A stretch of DNA of 64,000 nucleotides from an uncultured Gemmatimonadales bacterium (GCA_963850905.1 CAWKMU010000004.1:224001-288000); one strand, 5' to 3'. Shown: positions 18,786 through 28,946, numbered from the stretch's first letter. Program-made: numbers and translations. Notes: generated by a model not told the origin, from the letters alone.

Positions 18786-19939
18786 TGCGAGCGTTGGGCG
18801 TAGGACTATCGGGAACCGCGTGCGTGGCGGCAATCATGGCGGCAATGCTGCCTGTGTCTGCAACCGCACAGGTACCGCAGCCGCTGCCACTCAAGCGGCC
18901 GACGCTGACGCCGGTGGCGGTCGCGTGCCCGGTGTTTCCCACGCCACCGGCACCGGTCCGACAACAAGTCGACGAAGCCAACCGACTGGCGACGCTGGGA
19001 CAGGAATCGTCGCTCGAGGGCGACCACCGCGCGGCCCGCGACCTCTTCAGCCAGGCCGCGACACTGAACCCGCGCGAGGCGAGCCTCGCCTATCGACTGG
19101 GCCGCGAGTACGAGGCCTCGGGCCAGCGAGAGGAGGCCGTTCGCCAGTACTGTCGCTATCTATCCCTCGCGCCAAACGCCAGTGACGCGGCCCAGGTCAG
19201 TGCGCAGGTCGCGCACCTATTGGCGCCGGATGCGGTGGCGCGCGGCAATGACGTCGTCGTTGCGTTCCGCGGTGGGGTCGTCGACTTCGATGCCCGCGAC
19301 TACGACGGGGCCGTGACCGCGTTCACCAAGGCGGCACAGGATTCCGCGCTCACCGATGCGATCTACAATCGCGCGCTCGCCCACGACCGCAACGGCGAGG
19401 CGCCTGCTGCCATTCGCGACTACTCGACGTACCTGCGTCTCGATCCGCAGGCGTCCGACGCCGCTGCAGTGCGCGGCCGCATCGACGCGCTTCGCTCGGG
19501 CATCCCGAGTCCGGGAACGGCCTTCGCGCTTGGTCTCTTGCCAGGCGGTGGTCAGTTCTACACCAAGCAACCCCTGCTCGGGGTCGTCATCATCGCCGGC
19601 GTAGCCGGGGGCGTCGCGCTCGCCCTTCGCACCACCACGGTCACGCGAGATACCATCTACCCGGCACCATTTGGCGGAACCTACCCGGGCACCTACACGC
19701 AGACCCAACACCCCGACCTCGCCATCGGCGCGGGCGTGGCGGGCGGAGTGCTCCTGCTCGGGGCCATCCAGGCCGCGCTGGTGGCCCACAGTCGGGGCGC
19801 GGACATTTCCGGTGCCGACGCGGACGCGAGGGCGGCATTGCTCCCGCATCTGGGGCCGGTGTCTGTTGAGTTACCTTCGCTCCTCCGAACGAGCCAAGGG
19901 CTCAACTGGCAGTTCCCGCTGCGGTTCGCCGTTCGGTAA
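18782..19939 (+). CDS. Exported TPR protein with C-terminal hydrophobic region
   Basis: Signal peptide ending VSATA-Q; TPR-like helices (YCRYLSLAPNASDAA, YSTYLRLDPQASDAA); GLLPGGGQFY motif followed by TM segments; GTGA overlap with the upstream gene. Confidence 0.78.
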   Translation: MMRALGVGLSGTACVAAIMAAMLPVSATAQVPQPLPLKRPTLTPVAVACPVFPTPPAPVRQQVDEANRLATLGQESSLEGDHRAARDLFSQAATLNPREASLAYRLGREYEASGQREEAVRQYCRYLSLAPNASDAAQVSAQVAHLLAPDAVARGNDVVVAFRGGVVDFDARDYDGAVTAFTKAAQDSALTDAIYNRALAHDRNGEAPAAIRDYSTYLRLDPQASDAAAVRGRIDALRSGIPSPGTAFALGLLPGGGQFYTKQPLLGVVIIAGVAGGVALALRTTTVTRDTIYPAPFGGTYPGTYTQTQHPDLAIGAGVAGGVLLLGAIQAALVAHSRGADISGADADARAALLPHLGPVSVELPSLLRTSQGLNWQFPLRFAVR

Positions 19940-19947
19940 CCCCTCGA

Positions 19948-20715
19948 CTAGCAGCGGTCGCGCGTCGCGTCCGAGGGATCGGGCGCCGTCATGTCACCGA
20001 CGGTCGGGGCCTGGCCAACGACTGCGGGTTCGATTGCGCGGGCGAGTTCGACCGGACGGTCCGCGACGATGTCGCCATTCCGCGGTGACCCGGACAGATG
20101 GTCGGCCATCTCCCGTCGCTCCGACGACAGTCGCGCCATGGCGGTGCGCGCGCGGAGCACGGCGTACTCGTCGCCCGAGTCACGGCCCAGCGTGAGCGCG
20201 ATCTCGTACATCCGCTCGGCCGCCAGGTTCTCGCGAAGCTCGCTGTAGCACCGCCCGGCGCGCAGCGCGGCAGCAGCCGCAAGCTCGCGTTGGACTGGTT
20301 GCTCGGTGACGTGGGCGCAGGCTCGATACGCTCGCATGAACACATCCGCCGCCAGCGCCCAGCCTTCCCGTCGCTGGAGCGCACGGCCGTAGCCGAGGAG
20401 CAGCGATACAACCCGGGTGAGATCCTGCGCGCGGTCGGTCGTCGACGCATCGACGAGCCCGGCGAGATAGATCCGCTCTGGCGCGTTCGCCGGGAGCACC
20501 GCTATCGCGTTCTCCACGGCCCGTCGTTCCGTGCCCAGGTCCGCCGCCGTGGCACCCGTGTCTGCCCACGCATCCAGGTACCGCAGCGTGACGAGTCCTG
20601 CAAGCGCCGCCCGCCAGTCGCCCGAGCCCTCCGGCAACACCCCGAGCGCTTCAAAGAACGCGCGATGAGGCGGGATGCTGTTGGCGCTGCGAGTTGGTCC
20701 TTCGGGTGTCGGCAC
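19948..20715 (-). CDS. Hypothetical alpha-helical (TPR-like) protein
   Basis: Long ORF with amphipathic helical pattern (PPHRAFFEAL...WRAALAGLVTLRYLDAW...YGRALQ); probable GTG start 20715. Confidence 0.6.
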   Translation of the reverse strand: MPTPEGPTRSANSIPPHRAFFEALGVLPEGSGDWRAALAGLVTLRYLDAWADTGATAADLGTERRAVENAIAVLPANAPERIYLAGLVDASTTDRAQDLTRVVSLLLGYGRALQRREGWALAADVFMRAYRACAHVTEQPVQRELAAAAALRAGRCYSELRENLAAERMYEIALTLGRDSGDEYAVLRARTAMARLSSERREMADHLSGSPRNGDIVADRPVELARAIEPAVVGQAPTVGDMTAPDPSDATRDRC

Positions 20716-20796
20716 GGCTCTCAAATATGTGGCAGCGCCGCGCCAGGTGGGAGGGGCGCGGGCGCTGACGCTGTTCAGTCGACACGCCATTGCATT

Positions 20797-20810
20797 TTAG
20801 GCGTGCCTAA
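20797..20810. promoter_or_regulatory. DtxR/MntR-family operator
   Basis: Palindrome TTAGGC-GT-GCCTAA 14 nt upstream of the mntH ATG; resembles TTAGG...CCTAA DtxR-family boxes; a cognate regulator lies directly downstream of mntH. Confidence 0.8.
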
Positions 20811-20824
20811 TTATCTTTTTCGCA

Positions 20825-22222
20825 ATGGAATTCGCCCGAAGTCGGCGGAAGCTAATCGAACCGCGCGCCGGGGGAGACGGCGCGACAGCGGAGCCCGTGG
20901 GGCCTTCGCGCATGTGGCGGGGGACGCGTCTCACGCCGTCGCTCGCCGAAGCGTACCGGACCATCGGCGTGGAGGGCACCTGGTGGCGAAAGGCCTTGGC
21001 ATTCGCGGGTCCCGGGTATCTCGTCGCCGTGGGGTACATGGATCCCGGGAATTGGGCCACGGATCTCGCGGGTGGCTCGCGCTTCGGCTACACGCTGCTC
21101 AGCGTCATCCTCCTGTCCAATCTCCTGGCGGTCTTGCTCCAGGCGCTGGCCGCACGACTTGGGATCGCGACGGGCCGCGATCTCGCGCAGGCGTGTCGTG
21201 AGCAGTACAGCCGGCGAACGAGCTTCCTTCTGTGGGTGTTCGCCGAAATCGCGATCGCGGCCTGCGACCTCGCGGAGGTCATCGGATCGGCGATAGCGCT
21301 CAACTTGTTGTTCCGGATCCCGCTCGCGGTCGGGGTCTTCATTACCGCGGCGGACGTGCTTGTCGTGCTCTATCTCCAGCACTATGGCTTCCGGCGACTC
21401 GAGATCGTCGTCATTACCCTGATCGCGACCATCGCGCTCGCGTTTCTCTTCGAGCTCGTGATTTCGCGCCCCGACCTCGCCGGCGTCGCGCGCGGCTTCA
21501 TCCCCACGCCCTCGATCGTCACCAATCCCGCGATGCTCTATATCGCGGTGTCGATCCTGGGCGCCACGGTCATGCCCCATAACCTCTATTTGCATTCATC
21601 GGTCGTTCAGACGCGACGCTACAAGGAGACAGCGCCCGGCAAGCGCGAAGCCTCGCGCTACGCGGTGCTCGACTCGACGGTGGCGTTGACCTTTGCGCTC
21701 TTCATCAACGCGGCGATTCTCATTGTGGCGGCGGCGACGTTTCACCGCTCCGGACATGTCGGAGTCGCGGAGATCCAGGACGCGTACAAACTGCTGACCC
21801 CATTGCTGGGCGTGAGCGGCGCGAGCGTCGTGTTTGCGATCGCCCTGTTGGCCTCCGGACAGAACTCCACCTTGACCGGGACGCTGGCAGGACAGATCGT
21901 GATGGAGGGATTCCTCGATATCCGACTGCGCCCGTGGGTGCGCCGGCTCCTGACCCGCTTGATCGCGATCGTGCCCGCCGCCATCGTCGCGATCGCCTTT
22001 GGTGCGTCGGGCACGACGGCCCTCCTGATTCTCAGCCAGGTGATCTTGAGCCTCCAGTTGTCATTCGCCGTTGTCCCACTCGTGAGCTTCACGTCCGACC
22101 GTGCCAAGATGGGCGACCTCGTCAGTCCCCCGTGGCTCAAGGGGCTGAGCTGGACGGCTGCCGGCGTCATCGCGGGTCTCAACATGTGGCTACTGGTCAT
22201 GATCGCGCGCGGTCAGGCGTGA
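20825..22222 (+). CDS. mntH: Nramp family Mn2+/Fe2+ transporter
   Basis: [39 protein letters not shown]. Confidence 0.96.
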   Translation: MEFARSRRKLIEPRAGGDGATAEPVGPSRMWRGTRLTPSLAEAYRTIGVEGTWWRKALAFAGPGYLVAVGYMDPGNWATDLAGGSRFGYTLLSVILLSNLLAVLLQALAARLGIATGRDLAQACREQYSRRTSFLLWVFAEIAIAACDLAEVIGSAIALNLLFRIPLAVGVFITAADVLVVLYLQHYGFRRLEIVVITLIATIALAFLFELVISRPDLAGVARGFIPTPSIVTNPAMLYIAVSILGATVMPHNLYLHSSVVQTRRYKETAPGKREASRYAVLDSTVALTFALFINAAILIVAAATFHRSGHVGVAEIQDAYKLLTPLLGVSGASVVFAIALLASGQNSTLTGTLAGQIVMEGFLDIRLRPWVRRLLTRLIAIVPAAIVAIAFGASGTTALLILSQVILSLQLSFAVVPLVSFTSDRAKMGDLVSPPWLKGLSWTAAGVIAGLNMWLLVMIARGQA

Positions 22223-22265
22223 GGACAATGATGTCGATCACTCATCATCCAGCGTTGGCGGTCTG

Positions 22266-23000
22266 ATGGGACCTCAGAGCCGCACTCCCGAGCGTCACGC
22301 GCCCCGACCGGAAACGTACACCGGCCCGGTCGAAGACTATCTCAAGGCGATCTACGAGCTCGAGCGCGGCGGTGACGCCGCGACGACGTCTGAGATTGCA
22401 CATCGCCTCGATATCGCGCCGGCCTCGGTGACAGGCATGATTCGCCGACTCGCCGAGCAGGGACTGGTGGAGCACGAACCCTATCGAGGCGCCCGGCTCA
22501 CCGATACCGGCCAGCGCGCGGCCCTGCGGACGATCCGGCGGCACCGCGTGATCGAGACGTTCCTCGCGCGCGTGCTGGGCTATCCGTGGGACGAGGTGCA
22601 TGAAGAAGCCGAGCACCTCGAGCACGCCGCCAGCGACACCTTGATCGACCGCATGGTGGCGGCACTCGATGAACCCACCGTCGACCCGCACGGCGCGCCC
22701 ATTCCAACCCGGGATGGGACCGTGCACGAGCCACGCTACCGATCGATCGCGGATCTCGTGCCGGGCGAGCGCAGTCGCGTCGTGCGCGTGCACGACGACG
22801 ACCCGGCCCGTCTGCGGTACCTGGGCGAGCTGGGACTCGTGCCGGGCGCCACCGTCGCGCTCCTCGCGCGTGCGCCCTTCGATGGACCCATCACGATTCG
22901 CATTGGGAGTGGCCCACGCGCCAGCGAGTACACCATCGGCCCCGCCCTCGGCCACGGCGTGATGATCGAACCCGCGGACGCTGCGCGTCCGAGAAAGTAG
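22266..23000 (+). CDS. mntR: DtxR/MntR family metal-dependent regulator with FeoA-like C-terminal domain
   Basis: EDYLKAIY, PASVTGMIRRL, RRHRVIETFL, HEEAEHLEH, DPHGAPIP, LRYLGELGLVPG. Confidence 0.92.
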   Translation: MGPQSRTPERHAPRPETYTGPVEDYLKAIYELERGGDAATTSEIAHRLDIAPASVTGMIRRLAEQGLVEHEPYRGARLTDTGQRAALRTIRRHRVIETFLARVLGYPWDEVHEEAEHLEHAASDTLIDRMVAALDEPTVDPHGAPIPTRDGTVHEPRYRSIADLVPGERSRVVRVHDDDPARLRYLGELGLVPGATVALLARAPFDGPITIRIGSGPRASEYTIGPALGHGVMIEPADAARPRK

Positions 23001-23014
23001 CGGGGCAGACAGTG

Positions 23015-23082
23015 GAAAGGAGACAACGGCGTCGCCTTTACCGTCGTCTCCTTTCTCCTTTCTCCTTCTCCTTTCCCCTCTC
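23015..23082. terminator. Hairpin between convergent genes followed by (CTTTCTC)-like heptamers
   Basis: GAAAGGAGACAACGG ... CCGTCGTCTCCTTTC, then ctttctc ctttctc cttctc ctttccc. Confidence 0.65.
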
Positions 23083-23108
23083 TACGTCCTAGCGCGCGCG
23101 TCGCGCGC

Positions 23109-25115
23109 CTAGGACGTCGGTGCCGCCGTCCAGCTATTGTTCGCCCGATCGATATCGATGAGCCGATGATCCGGATCGAGCTCGATGTGCGTGACGCGCT
23201 TGCCGACGAACTCGTAGTGGCGTATGTAGTGCGCCGTGTTCGTGCTCCACACCAGTGCCGGGTAGCGATAATCCTCGGTGGTTCCGTCCGAGAATGTGAA
23301 CCGGGCGATGATCGGCAACACGCCTCGCGCACGGTTCTCGTAGACCACGATAGCACGCTCGGTGTCGGCTTGTTGCCGCACCACGACCGTATCGATGGCC
23401 TGGTCGAACCGATAGTTGTTCAGCCAGAACTCCCGCCAGAACCAGTCGAGCTGTTGACCGCTCACATCGCTCATCGTGCGGAAGAAGTCGGTTGGCGACG
23501 GATGCTTGAACGCCCACCGCCGGATGTAGGTCCGGAAGGCATCGTCGAAGGCATCGGGCCCGAGAATCTCCTGCCGCAGGAGCTGGAGTCCCACGGATGG
23601 CTTGTCATAGGAGTTGAGGCCGAGGAGCTGCGGCGGAACACGATCGGCCTGGATCTCGATCGGGATGTCCACGCCGATGGACTCGGCCTTCTCCTCGAGG
23701 CCACGCTCCTCGCCGCCGCGCGCGACCTGATCTCCGCGTTCCGGGAACCGCCGAGCCTCCGAGAAGGTGTTGATGAAGGTGTTGAGCCCTTCGTCCTGCC
23801 ACATGTGCACGCGCTCATTCGACCCGACGATCATCGGAAACCAGTTGTGTCCGATCTCGTGCGTGACGACGTTGTACAACTCGTACTTGTCCGAGTTGCG
23901 CGACTCCATCGCCAGCATCGGGTATTCCATGCCGCTGACCGGTCCCTCGATCGCTGTGATTTGTGGGTAGGGATAGGGGAACCAGCGGGTGGAATACTCC
24001 TCGATCGACATGCGAGCCATGTCGGCGGCGTCCTGCCACACACTCGCCGCCGTCGGCCGGTAATACGCGTTGGCGATCACGCCGTGCCAGCTCGAGGCGT
24101 CCCACTGGTAGTCGGGCGCGGCGCCCCAAGCCACATCGCGCACGTTGTGCGCACGAAAACGCCACGTGAGCATGCCGGTGGTCCGCGGCCGGGCGGTCCC
24201 CCTCGTGAGATCCGAGTCCGAGACGATCGCGATCTGCGTTGCGGACGTGGCCGCCTTGGCGAGCCGAGCGCGCTCACCCTCCGTCAGGACGTCGCGCGGA
24301 TTGTCGAGCGTGCCAGTGCCGCCGACGATGTAACCGGCCGGTAGCGTCACCGCGTACGTGAAGTCTCCGTACTCGAGGTAGAACTCTCCTTGCCCAAGAT
24401 ACGGCTCGGTGTTCCACCCTTTGAGGTCGTCGTACACCGCGACTCGCGGGTACCACTGCGCCATCTCGTACAGCGAGCCGTCGCGCCCCATGCGATCCGC
24501 GCCGTGTACCGGCACCATGAAGTGCCAACCGATGTCGAACACCGCGGTCCCGCCAGGGGCCAGGGGCTCGGGCAGGTCGGCCTTGAGCTCCGTGCCCTCT
24601 GTGCGCGTGTGCAGCGCCACGTGCCCGCCCGAGCCCGTCGGACCACGCACCAGATCGAAGTGATCGATGACGTCGCCACCCTCGAACCCGCGTCCGCCGA
24701 ACCGCGACTGCTCCGGAAAGACGAGCGAGTTGAGAGAGTGCTGGGCGAACGCGTTTTGCTCGACCTGAAACCAGACGAATCGCAGGGTGTCCGGCGAGTG
24801 ATTCGTGTATATGAGACGCAGCGTTCCAGTGAGCGTCTTTGCCGTGGTGTCGAGCGTCGCGTGGATGTCGTAGTCGGCGCGGTTCTGCCAATACCGTGGT
24901 CCCGGAGCGCCCGACGCCTCACGAAACTCCGTGCTCGGCGGCAAGCCGAGCGGGGCGAAGACCGATGTATCGCCCACGCCTGTCGTGTCGAATCGCGTAA
25001 CGCGCGCGGTCGGCGGCGGCGCAGGATTGGAAGCACTCTGCGCGGCTACCGTACGGCTGCCCACGCTGGCGATGGCCGCTGTGGCCATCGCCAGAATCCA
25101 AAAGGAACGTGTCAT
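23109..25115 (-). CDS. Exported M1 family zinc aminopeptidase
   Basis: Signal peptide; YWQNRADY, AQWYPR, GMEYP, HEIGHNWF...WQDEGLN (HExxH-x18-E). Confidence 0.93.
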   Translation of the reverse strand: MTRSFWILAMATAAIASVGSRTVAAQSASNPAPPPTARVTRFDTTGVGDTSVFAPLGLPPSTEFREASGAPGPRYWQNRADYDIHATLDTTAKTLTGTLRLIYTNHSPDTLRFVWFQVEQNAFAQHSLNSLVFPEQSRFGGRGFEGGDVIDHFDLVRGPTGSGGHVALHTRTEGTELKADLPEPLAPGGTAVFDIGWHFMVPVHGADRMGRDGSLYEMAQWYPRVAVYDDLKGWNTEPYLGQGEFYLEYGDFTYAVTLPAGYIVGGTGTLDNPRDVLTEGERARLAKAATSATQIAIVSDSDLTRGTARPRTTGMLTWRFRAHNVRDVAWGAAPDYQWDASSWHGVIANAYYRPTAASVWQDAADMARMSIEEYSTRWFPYPYPQITAIEGPVSGMEYPMLAMESRNSDKYELYNVVTHEIGHNWFPMIVGSNERVHMWQDEGLNTFINTFSEARRFPERGDQVARGGEERGLEEKAESIGVDIPIEIQADRVPPQLLGLNSYDKPSVGLQLLRQEILGPDAFDDAFRTYIRRWAFKHPSPTDFFRTMSDVSGQQLDWFWREFWLNNYRFDQAIDTVVVRQQADTERAIVVYENRARGVLPIIARFTFSDGTTEDYRYPALVWSTNTAHYIRHYEFVGKRVTHIELDPDHRLIDIDRANNSWTAAPTS

Positions 25116-25226
25116 GTCTGTGTAGTATGTGAGAGAGCAACGCTGCAACCGCCGCCCCGCTGTATCAAACAGTCGAGGCGCCGAAGTCGATAGGTACTAC
25201 CCCCGCAGGCGCATAAGGTTGTGGCG

Positions 25227-26018
25227 CTAGAGCCCCACTCGCCTTCCCAAAATCATCTTGGCAATCAGATGATCGGTCGCCCGCGTGAACCCCTCGCCGA
25301 CACCCAGGTTGAATTCCCACGCCGGGCCGAAATTGAGGTTGATCGCTCCGAACAGCTGGTGCTGTTGATTCTCGATCGGCGAGAAATGTGTCAGCGGGCC
25401 GAAGGAGGCGTAGTACTCCGCGGCGACATTGAGAAACGGGTTGACGTCGAAGCCAACCGTCCCGTCTGGCGCGAAATCCAGACCGTCGGTTACGGTCGGT
25501 CCGTGCCATGATCGCTCGAGCGCCGGGTTGACAGCCATGTACCACCGGCCGACCTGCTTGTCGATGATCGGACGAATCTCCCAAGTCCAGATGTCGGGCG
25601 AGACCTCGGGCCGTTGATAGCCGATTTCCATTGACAGGCTGAGGCCAACCGGCAATCCCCAGGACTCGGGCGCGCGAATCCGCGGGCGAATGTGGTCGCC
25701 GACCCACTGCCACCCCTGCCCTGCACGCGCGCTGGTGAAGACGTAGAATCCTGTCTCGAACCACGGCGTGAAGCCGTGCGTGATCTCCAGCGTCTCGTGC
25801 AACGCGTCTTCGGTTGGCCAGAGGTCCGCATCGCCTGTTCGGTGGCCATCCCATGTGAAGTTGCTGTGCAACTCGAACATCGTCGCTCCGGGAGCGACCG
25901 TCTCGGACCCGTACACCTGGATCTCGTAGTTGTCCTGCGCGGCGAGACGTGCGGGCGCCAGCACGGCCACACTCGTGGCGATGGCACACGCCCCCACGCG
26001 GTACCTTTTCATCGGCAT
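25227..26018 (-). CDS. Hypothetical exported protein, probable outer-membrane beta-barrel
   Basis: Signal peptide ending LAA-Q; NYEIQVY N-terminus; alternating aromatic/hydrophobic beta-strand pattern. Confidence 0.7.
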   Translation of the reverse strand: MPMKRYRVGACAIATSVAVLAPARLAAQDNYEIQVYGSETVAPGATMFELHSNFTWDGHRTGDADLWPTEDALHETLEITHGFTPWFETGFYVFTSARAGQGWQWVGDHIRPRIRAPESWGLPVGLSLSMEIGYQRPEVSPDIWTWEIRPIIDKQVGRWYMAVNPALERSWHGPTVTDGLDFAPDGTVGFDVNPFLNVAAEYYASFGPLTHFSPIENQQHQLFGAINLNFGPAWEFNLGVGEGFTRATDHLIAKMILGRRVGL

Positions 26019-26075
26019 ATCGTCGATATGTGGGATTCACCATGCATCGGGCAATGCCCGGGGGAGCACGGGGTC

Positions 26076-26649
26076 GTGTCGTCAGCACGCAGCACAGGCT
26101 CGCCAGTCGGCCGCCGTGGGGGGATCGCCGCCCTGCGTGCAGTCGCGCGGAGCGCGAACGCGGCAGTGCGTCGCGCCTGCATCTCGCCTCGGCGTCGCCG
26201 CAGTCACCGGCGGCGCGCTCGGCGCGCAGTCTGTGGCGAGCGAGACCTCGGGCGTCGTGCTGGTCGGCGCCCGCGTGCGCCTCTGGCAACTGGCCGCGCG
26301 TGACCTCTCCATCCCCGTCGTAGGTCGGCTCACGCGCATCACCGCGGATAGCGTCGACATCCAACCCGATGGAAACGACCTCGCCATCGGCGTCGCGCGC
26401 CCTGCGGTAACCCGAGTCGACGCCAGCGCCGGGCCACACACCAAGCCTCGAGGCACTGCTGCGGTGATGGGAGCCGTCATCGGCGCCCTTGGTGGGGGCA
26501 TCATCGGCGTGGTCGCCGGTAATATGAGTCACGGCAACGCCGCGCGCCTCGGCATCTACTCCGGCGTGGCGGGCGCAGGCATTGGTGCCGCCGCAGGCGC
26601 GTTCGCGCCCGGCGAAGCGTGGCATCGCGCGACACTGCCCGCCCCGTAA
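26076..26649 (+). CDS. Hypothetical protein with C-terminal glycine-zipper helices (possible +1 frameshift near 26185)
   Basis: C-terminal GAVIGALGGGIIG / GVAGAGIGAAAG in the ORF ending 26649; GTG 26076 with GGGGAG RBS lies in another frame and would complete a signal peptide. Start uncertain. Confidence 0.5.
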
Positions 26650-26662
26650 CGCGGTTTAGCCC

Positions 26663-27436
26663 CTAGACCGTCCGCTGGAGCTGCGCGATGTAGGTGCGCA
26701 CTCGATGCGCGTTTTCCGGCACGTCGTCCGGTCCCACGCGCGACACAGAGCGCACGTCGACTCGGCTTCCGTGCTCCGTGGGCGCAACTCGAACCGCGAT
26801 GTCGTCGGTGAACCCGAACCATCGCGTCGTCGCGACCGCCTCAATGCGGCCCGAGGTCGAATCGGCCGCGACGACATCCCAACCCAGATTGCGGGCCGCG
26901 GCGAGCGCGATGCGAAAGGCGGCGCCCGGCGGGACGGGCAGGTCCGCCGGTCCGATATCGGGATACGAGGCACGTTGCTCGGCCGCGATGTTGAGTCCGC
27001 CGTACGGCGGCGGCGCGGCAACCCCGGGCTGCGGCTGCGCCAGGCCAAATGCGGGTGGGTTGCCGAAGTCCGTCGTGATATCCCGAATCGCCGGCGCCGA
27101 TCGCGCTTGCAAACGCCACGAGATCACCCAGGCGAAGGTCCCGAAACCAATCAGCACGCCCAGCAGAGACAACAGGAACCCTCGACGGCCAGTTCCGGGG
27201 CGCGTCAGAACCGCGGCTATCAGCGCCAGGAAACCACCGACCAGACCGATCCACCCCCCCACACCCAGCACCGCAAACGCCACTGGTAGTGGCCAGACAC
27301 CGACACGGTAGACGAAGCCTGAGGAGGCCAACACCACCACACCAAACGCCGCGACGAGCGTGCCGAATACGGCTGCGACGGGCAGCCCTCGGCGAACGTG
27401 CGAGCCGGAGCCGGAAACTGCCGATGCACTCGTCAC
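26663..27436 (-). CDS. DUF1499 domain membrane protein
   Basis: Three N-terminal TMs; PAIRDITTD, GRIEAVATTRWFGFTDDIAVRV, RVDVRSVSRVG...NAHRVR. Confidence 0.88.
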   Translation of the reverse strand: MTSASAVSGSGSHVRRGLPVAAVFGTLVAAFGVVVLASSGFVYRVGVWPLPVAFAVLGVGGWIGLVGGFLALIAAVLTRPGTGRRGFLLSLLGVLIGFGTFAWVISWRLQARSAPAIRDITTDFGNPPAFGLAQPQPGVAAPPPYGGLNIAAEQRASYPDIGPADLPVPPGAAFRIALAAARNLGWDVVAADSTSGRIEAVATTRWFGFTDDIAVRVAPTEHGSRVDVRSVSRVGPDDVPENAHRVRTYIAQLQRTV

Positions 27437-27448
27437 GAGGCCGGGCGA

Positions 27449-27949
27449 CTACGGCTCGGCGTGCCCGAGCACGTCGTGCGCGTCGGCCATCTCGTGCGTT
27501 GGAAACGCACCCAGAATGGCGCCGCACTGCTCGATGAGTACCGCTAAGTACGCGTCGTCAACCTCGAACGCAAACCAGTGACCCTGGCTGTCGTGACGCG
27601 GGGTGATGTCGACTCGCACGTTCATCCTGCCCGGGGTCGTCCCCGGGCGCACACACAGCGACAGCTCCGGCCCTTCGGCCGCCAATAACGCGCACCCCGC
27701 ATGCGAGCGCGCGAGCTCAACCAGCCCCTCGCGAAAGCGCCGCACGCTCCAGCTCGTCAGGAGAATCCCAGGGATGGAGACCGTCGACCCCTGCGCGTCG
27801 CACGTCGCAGCCGCTCGGAGCCAGGTCGCATCCCAGGTATCGTCCGATGCGTGCGGCGCGCGCCCCTCCACCGCCAACACGAATCCGCCGAGTTGGAGCG
27901 AGAGCGCCTCATGGTCCTCGAGCTTGAGCGGCATGGTCGAAATAGACAC
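27449..27949 (-). CDS. Hypothetical protein resembling WapI-type immunity proteins
   Basis: DTWDATWL, VDITPRHDSQGHWFAFEVDDAYL pattern recalled from WapI-like proteins; not verified by search. Confidence 0.55.
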   Translation of the reverse strand: MSISTMPLKLEDHEALSLQLGGFVLAVEGRAPHASDDTWDATWLRAAATCDAQGSTVSIPGILLTSWSVRRFREGLVELARSHAGCALLAAEGPELSLCVRPGTTPGRMNVRVDITPRHDSQGHWFAFEVDDAYLAVLIEQCGAILGAFPTHEMADAHDVLGHAEP

Positions 27950-28031
27950 AGACGAAAGGAAAGTGCCAAGCGGCCTGGGGTCTCAGTGGGACTCGTCTGG
28001 CCGCGTCCAAGGCCCGCAGACGACCCGCTGC

Positions 28032-28304
28032 TTATCTCCCCCGCATTATGGCGTACAGGCCGATCACGATCCACAGCGCATTGACGGCGACCGAGGGGTA
28101 GGCGGTGTGGTACCACGCGTTCAGCATGAGCAGGATCCCGCCGGCGATGTTGAGCACGCGAAACGATGTCGCGGTGCCCGAGAGACGGCCGGTCGATACC
28201 AGCGCGTACGGCACCAGGACCGAGACCGCTCCGATCCAGCCCAGGCCGTCGAAAATAAGACGAGAGGACAAGAGAGTGGGGTTGAGAATGAACAGAGGTG
28301 GCAT
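28032..28304 (-). CDS. Small membrane protein (CBU_0592-like)
   Basis: GWIGAVSVLVPYAL, LNIAGGILL, AYPSVAVNALWIVIG. Confidence 0.75.
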   Translation of the reverse strand: MPPLFILNPTLLSSRLIFDGLGWIGAVSVLVPYALVSTGRLSGTATSFRVLNIAGGILLMLNAWYHTAYPSVAVNALWIVIGLYAIMRGR

Positions 28305-28456
28305 AAACCAAGGGCCAGTTGGCGGAATGCGCCACTGGCCCTCGAGTCCGAAATCGCCATTCGACGAACTGCCTGTCGGTCGCTACGAGCCCTCGGTGGT
28401 TATCGCAGTGTCGTCAGCGGCCACGTGCAACCCGGCCGTTGGCCCGCCTTGGCCAC

Positions 28457-28846
28457 TCAGGGGCAATACGGCGCGCCCTCGTCTTCGCCTGCGGTGGTCG
28501 CGGCCGTGCCAATCGCGATGTGGCAGCCCGAGGGCGTCGCGCCGACGAGGCCGACATGGGTCGCGGTGCCGTCCCAGCCCGTCGCTGCAACCCCGCTGAC
28601 CCCGTACGTCACGCCTTGCGACGACTGATAGAGCGTCAACGGCAGGTCCGTCGTGTAGGTCGCATTGTTCGTGAAATACGCTTCCTCGGCAACGACCAGG
28701 TTGCGCAAATCGGCCTTCAACGTGGCGAGATACGCCTGCTGTTTCGTGTTGGCGAACTTCGGAATCGCGATCGCGGCCAGGATCCCGATGATGACCACCA
28801 CGATCAACAGTTCGATCAGCGTAAAGCCTCTGCGCGTGCGCATCAT
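28457..28846 (-). CDS. Type IVa pilin
   Basis: Prepilin site RRG|FTLIELLIVVVIIGILAAIAIPKF; C-terminal Cys pair (GCH...YCP). Confidence 0.92.
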   Translation of the reverse strand: MMRTRRGFTLIELLIVVVIIGILAAIAIPKFANTKQQAYLATLKADLRNLVVAEEAYFTNNATYTTDLPLTLYQSSQGVTYGVSGVAATGWDGTATHVGLVGATPSGCHIAIGTAATTAGEDEGAPYCP

Positions 28847-28946
28847 AAGCGGTGTCCAGTTTGGTGTGGCGACAGCTCCGATCCGGTGTCCGCGCGCTCA
28901 CGCGTTCGGCCCGCCAAATCGGGGCTCAGATTCACCCGGAGTACAA

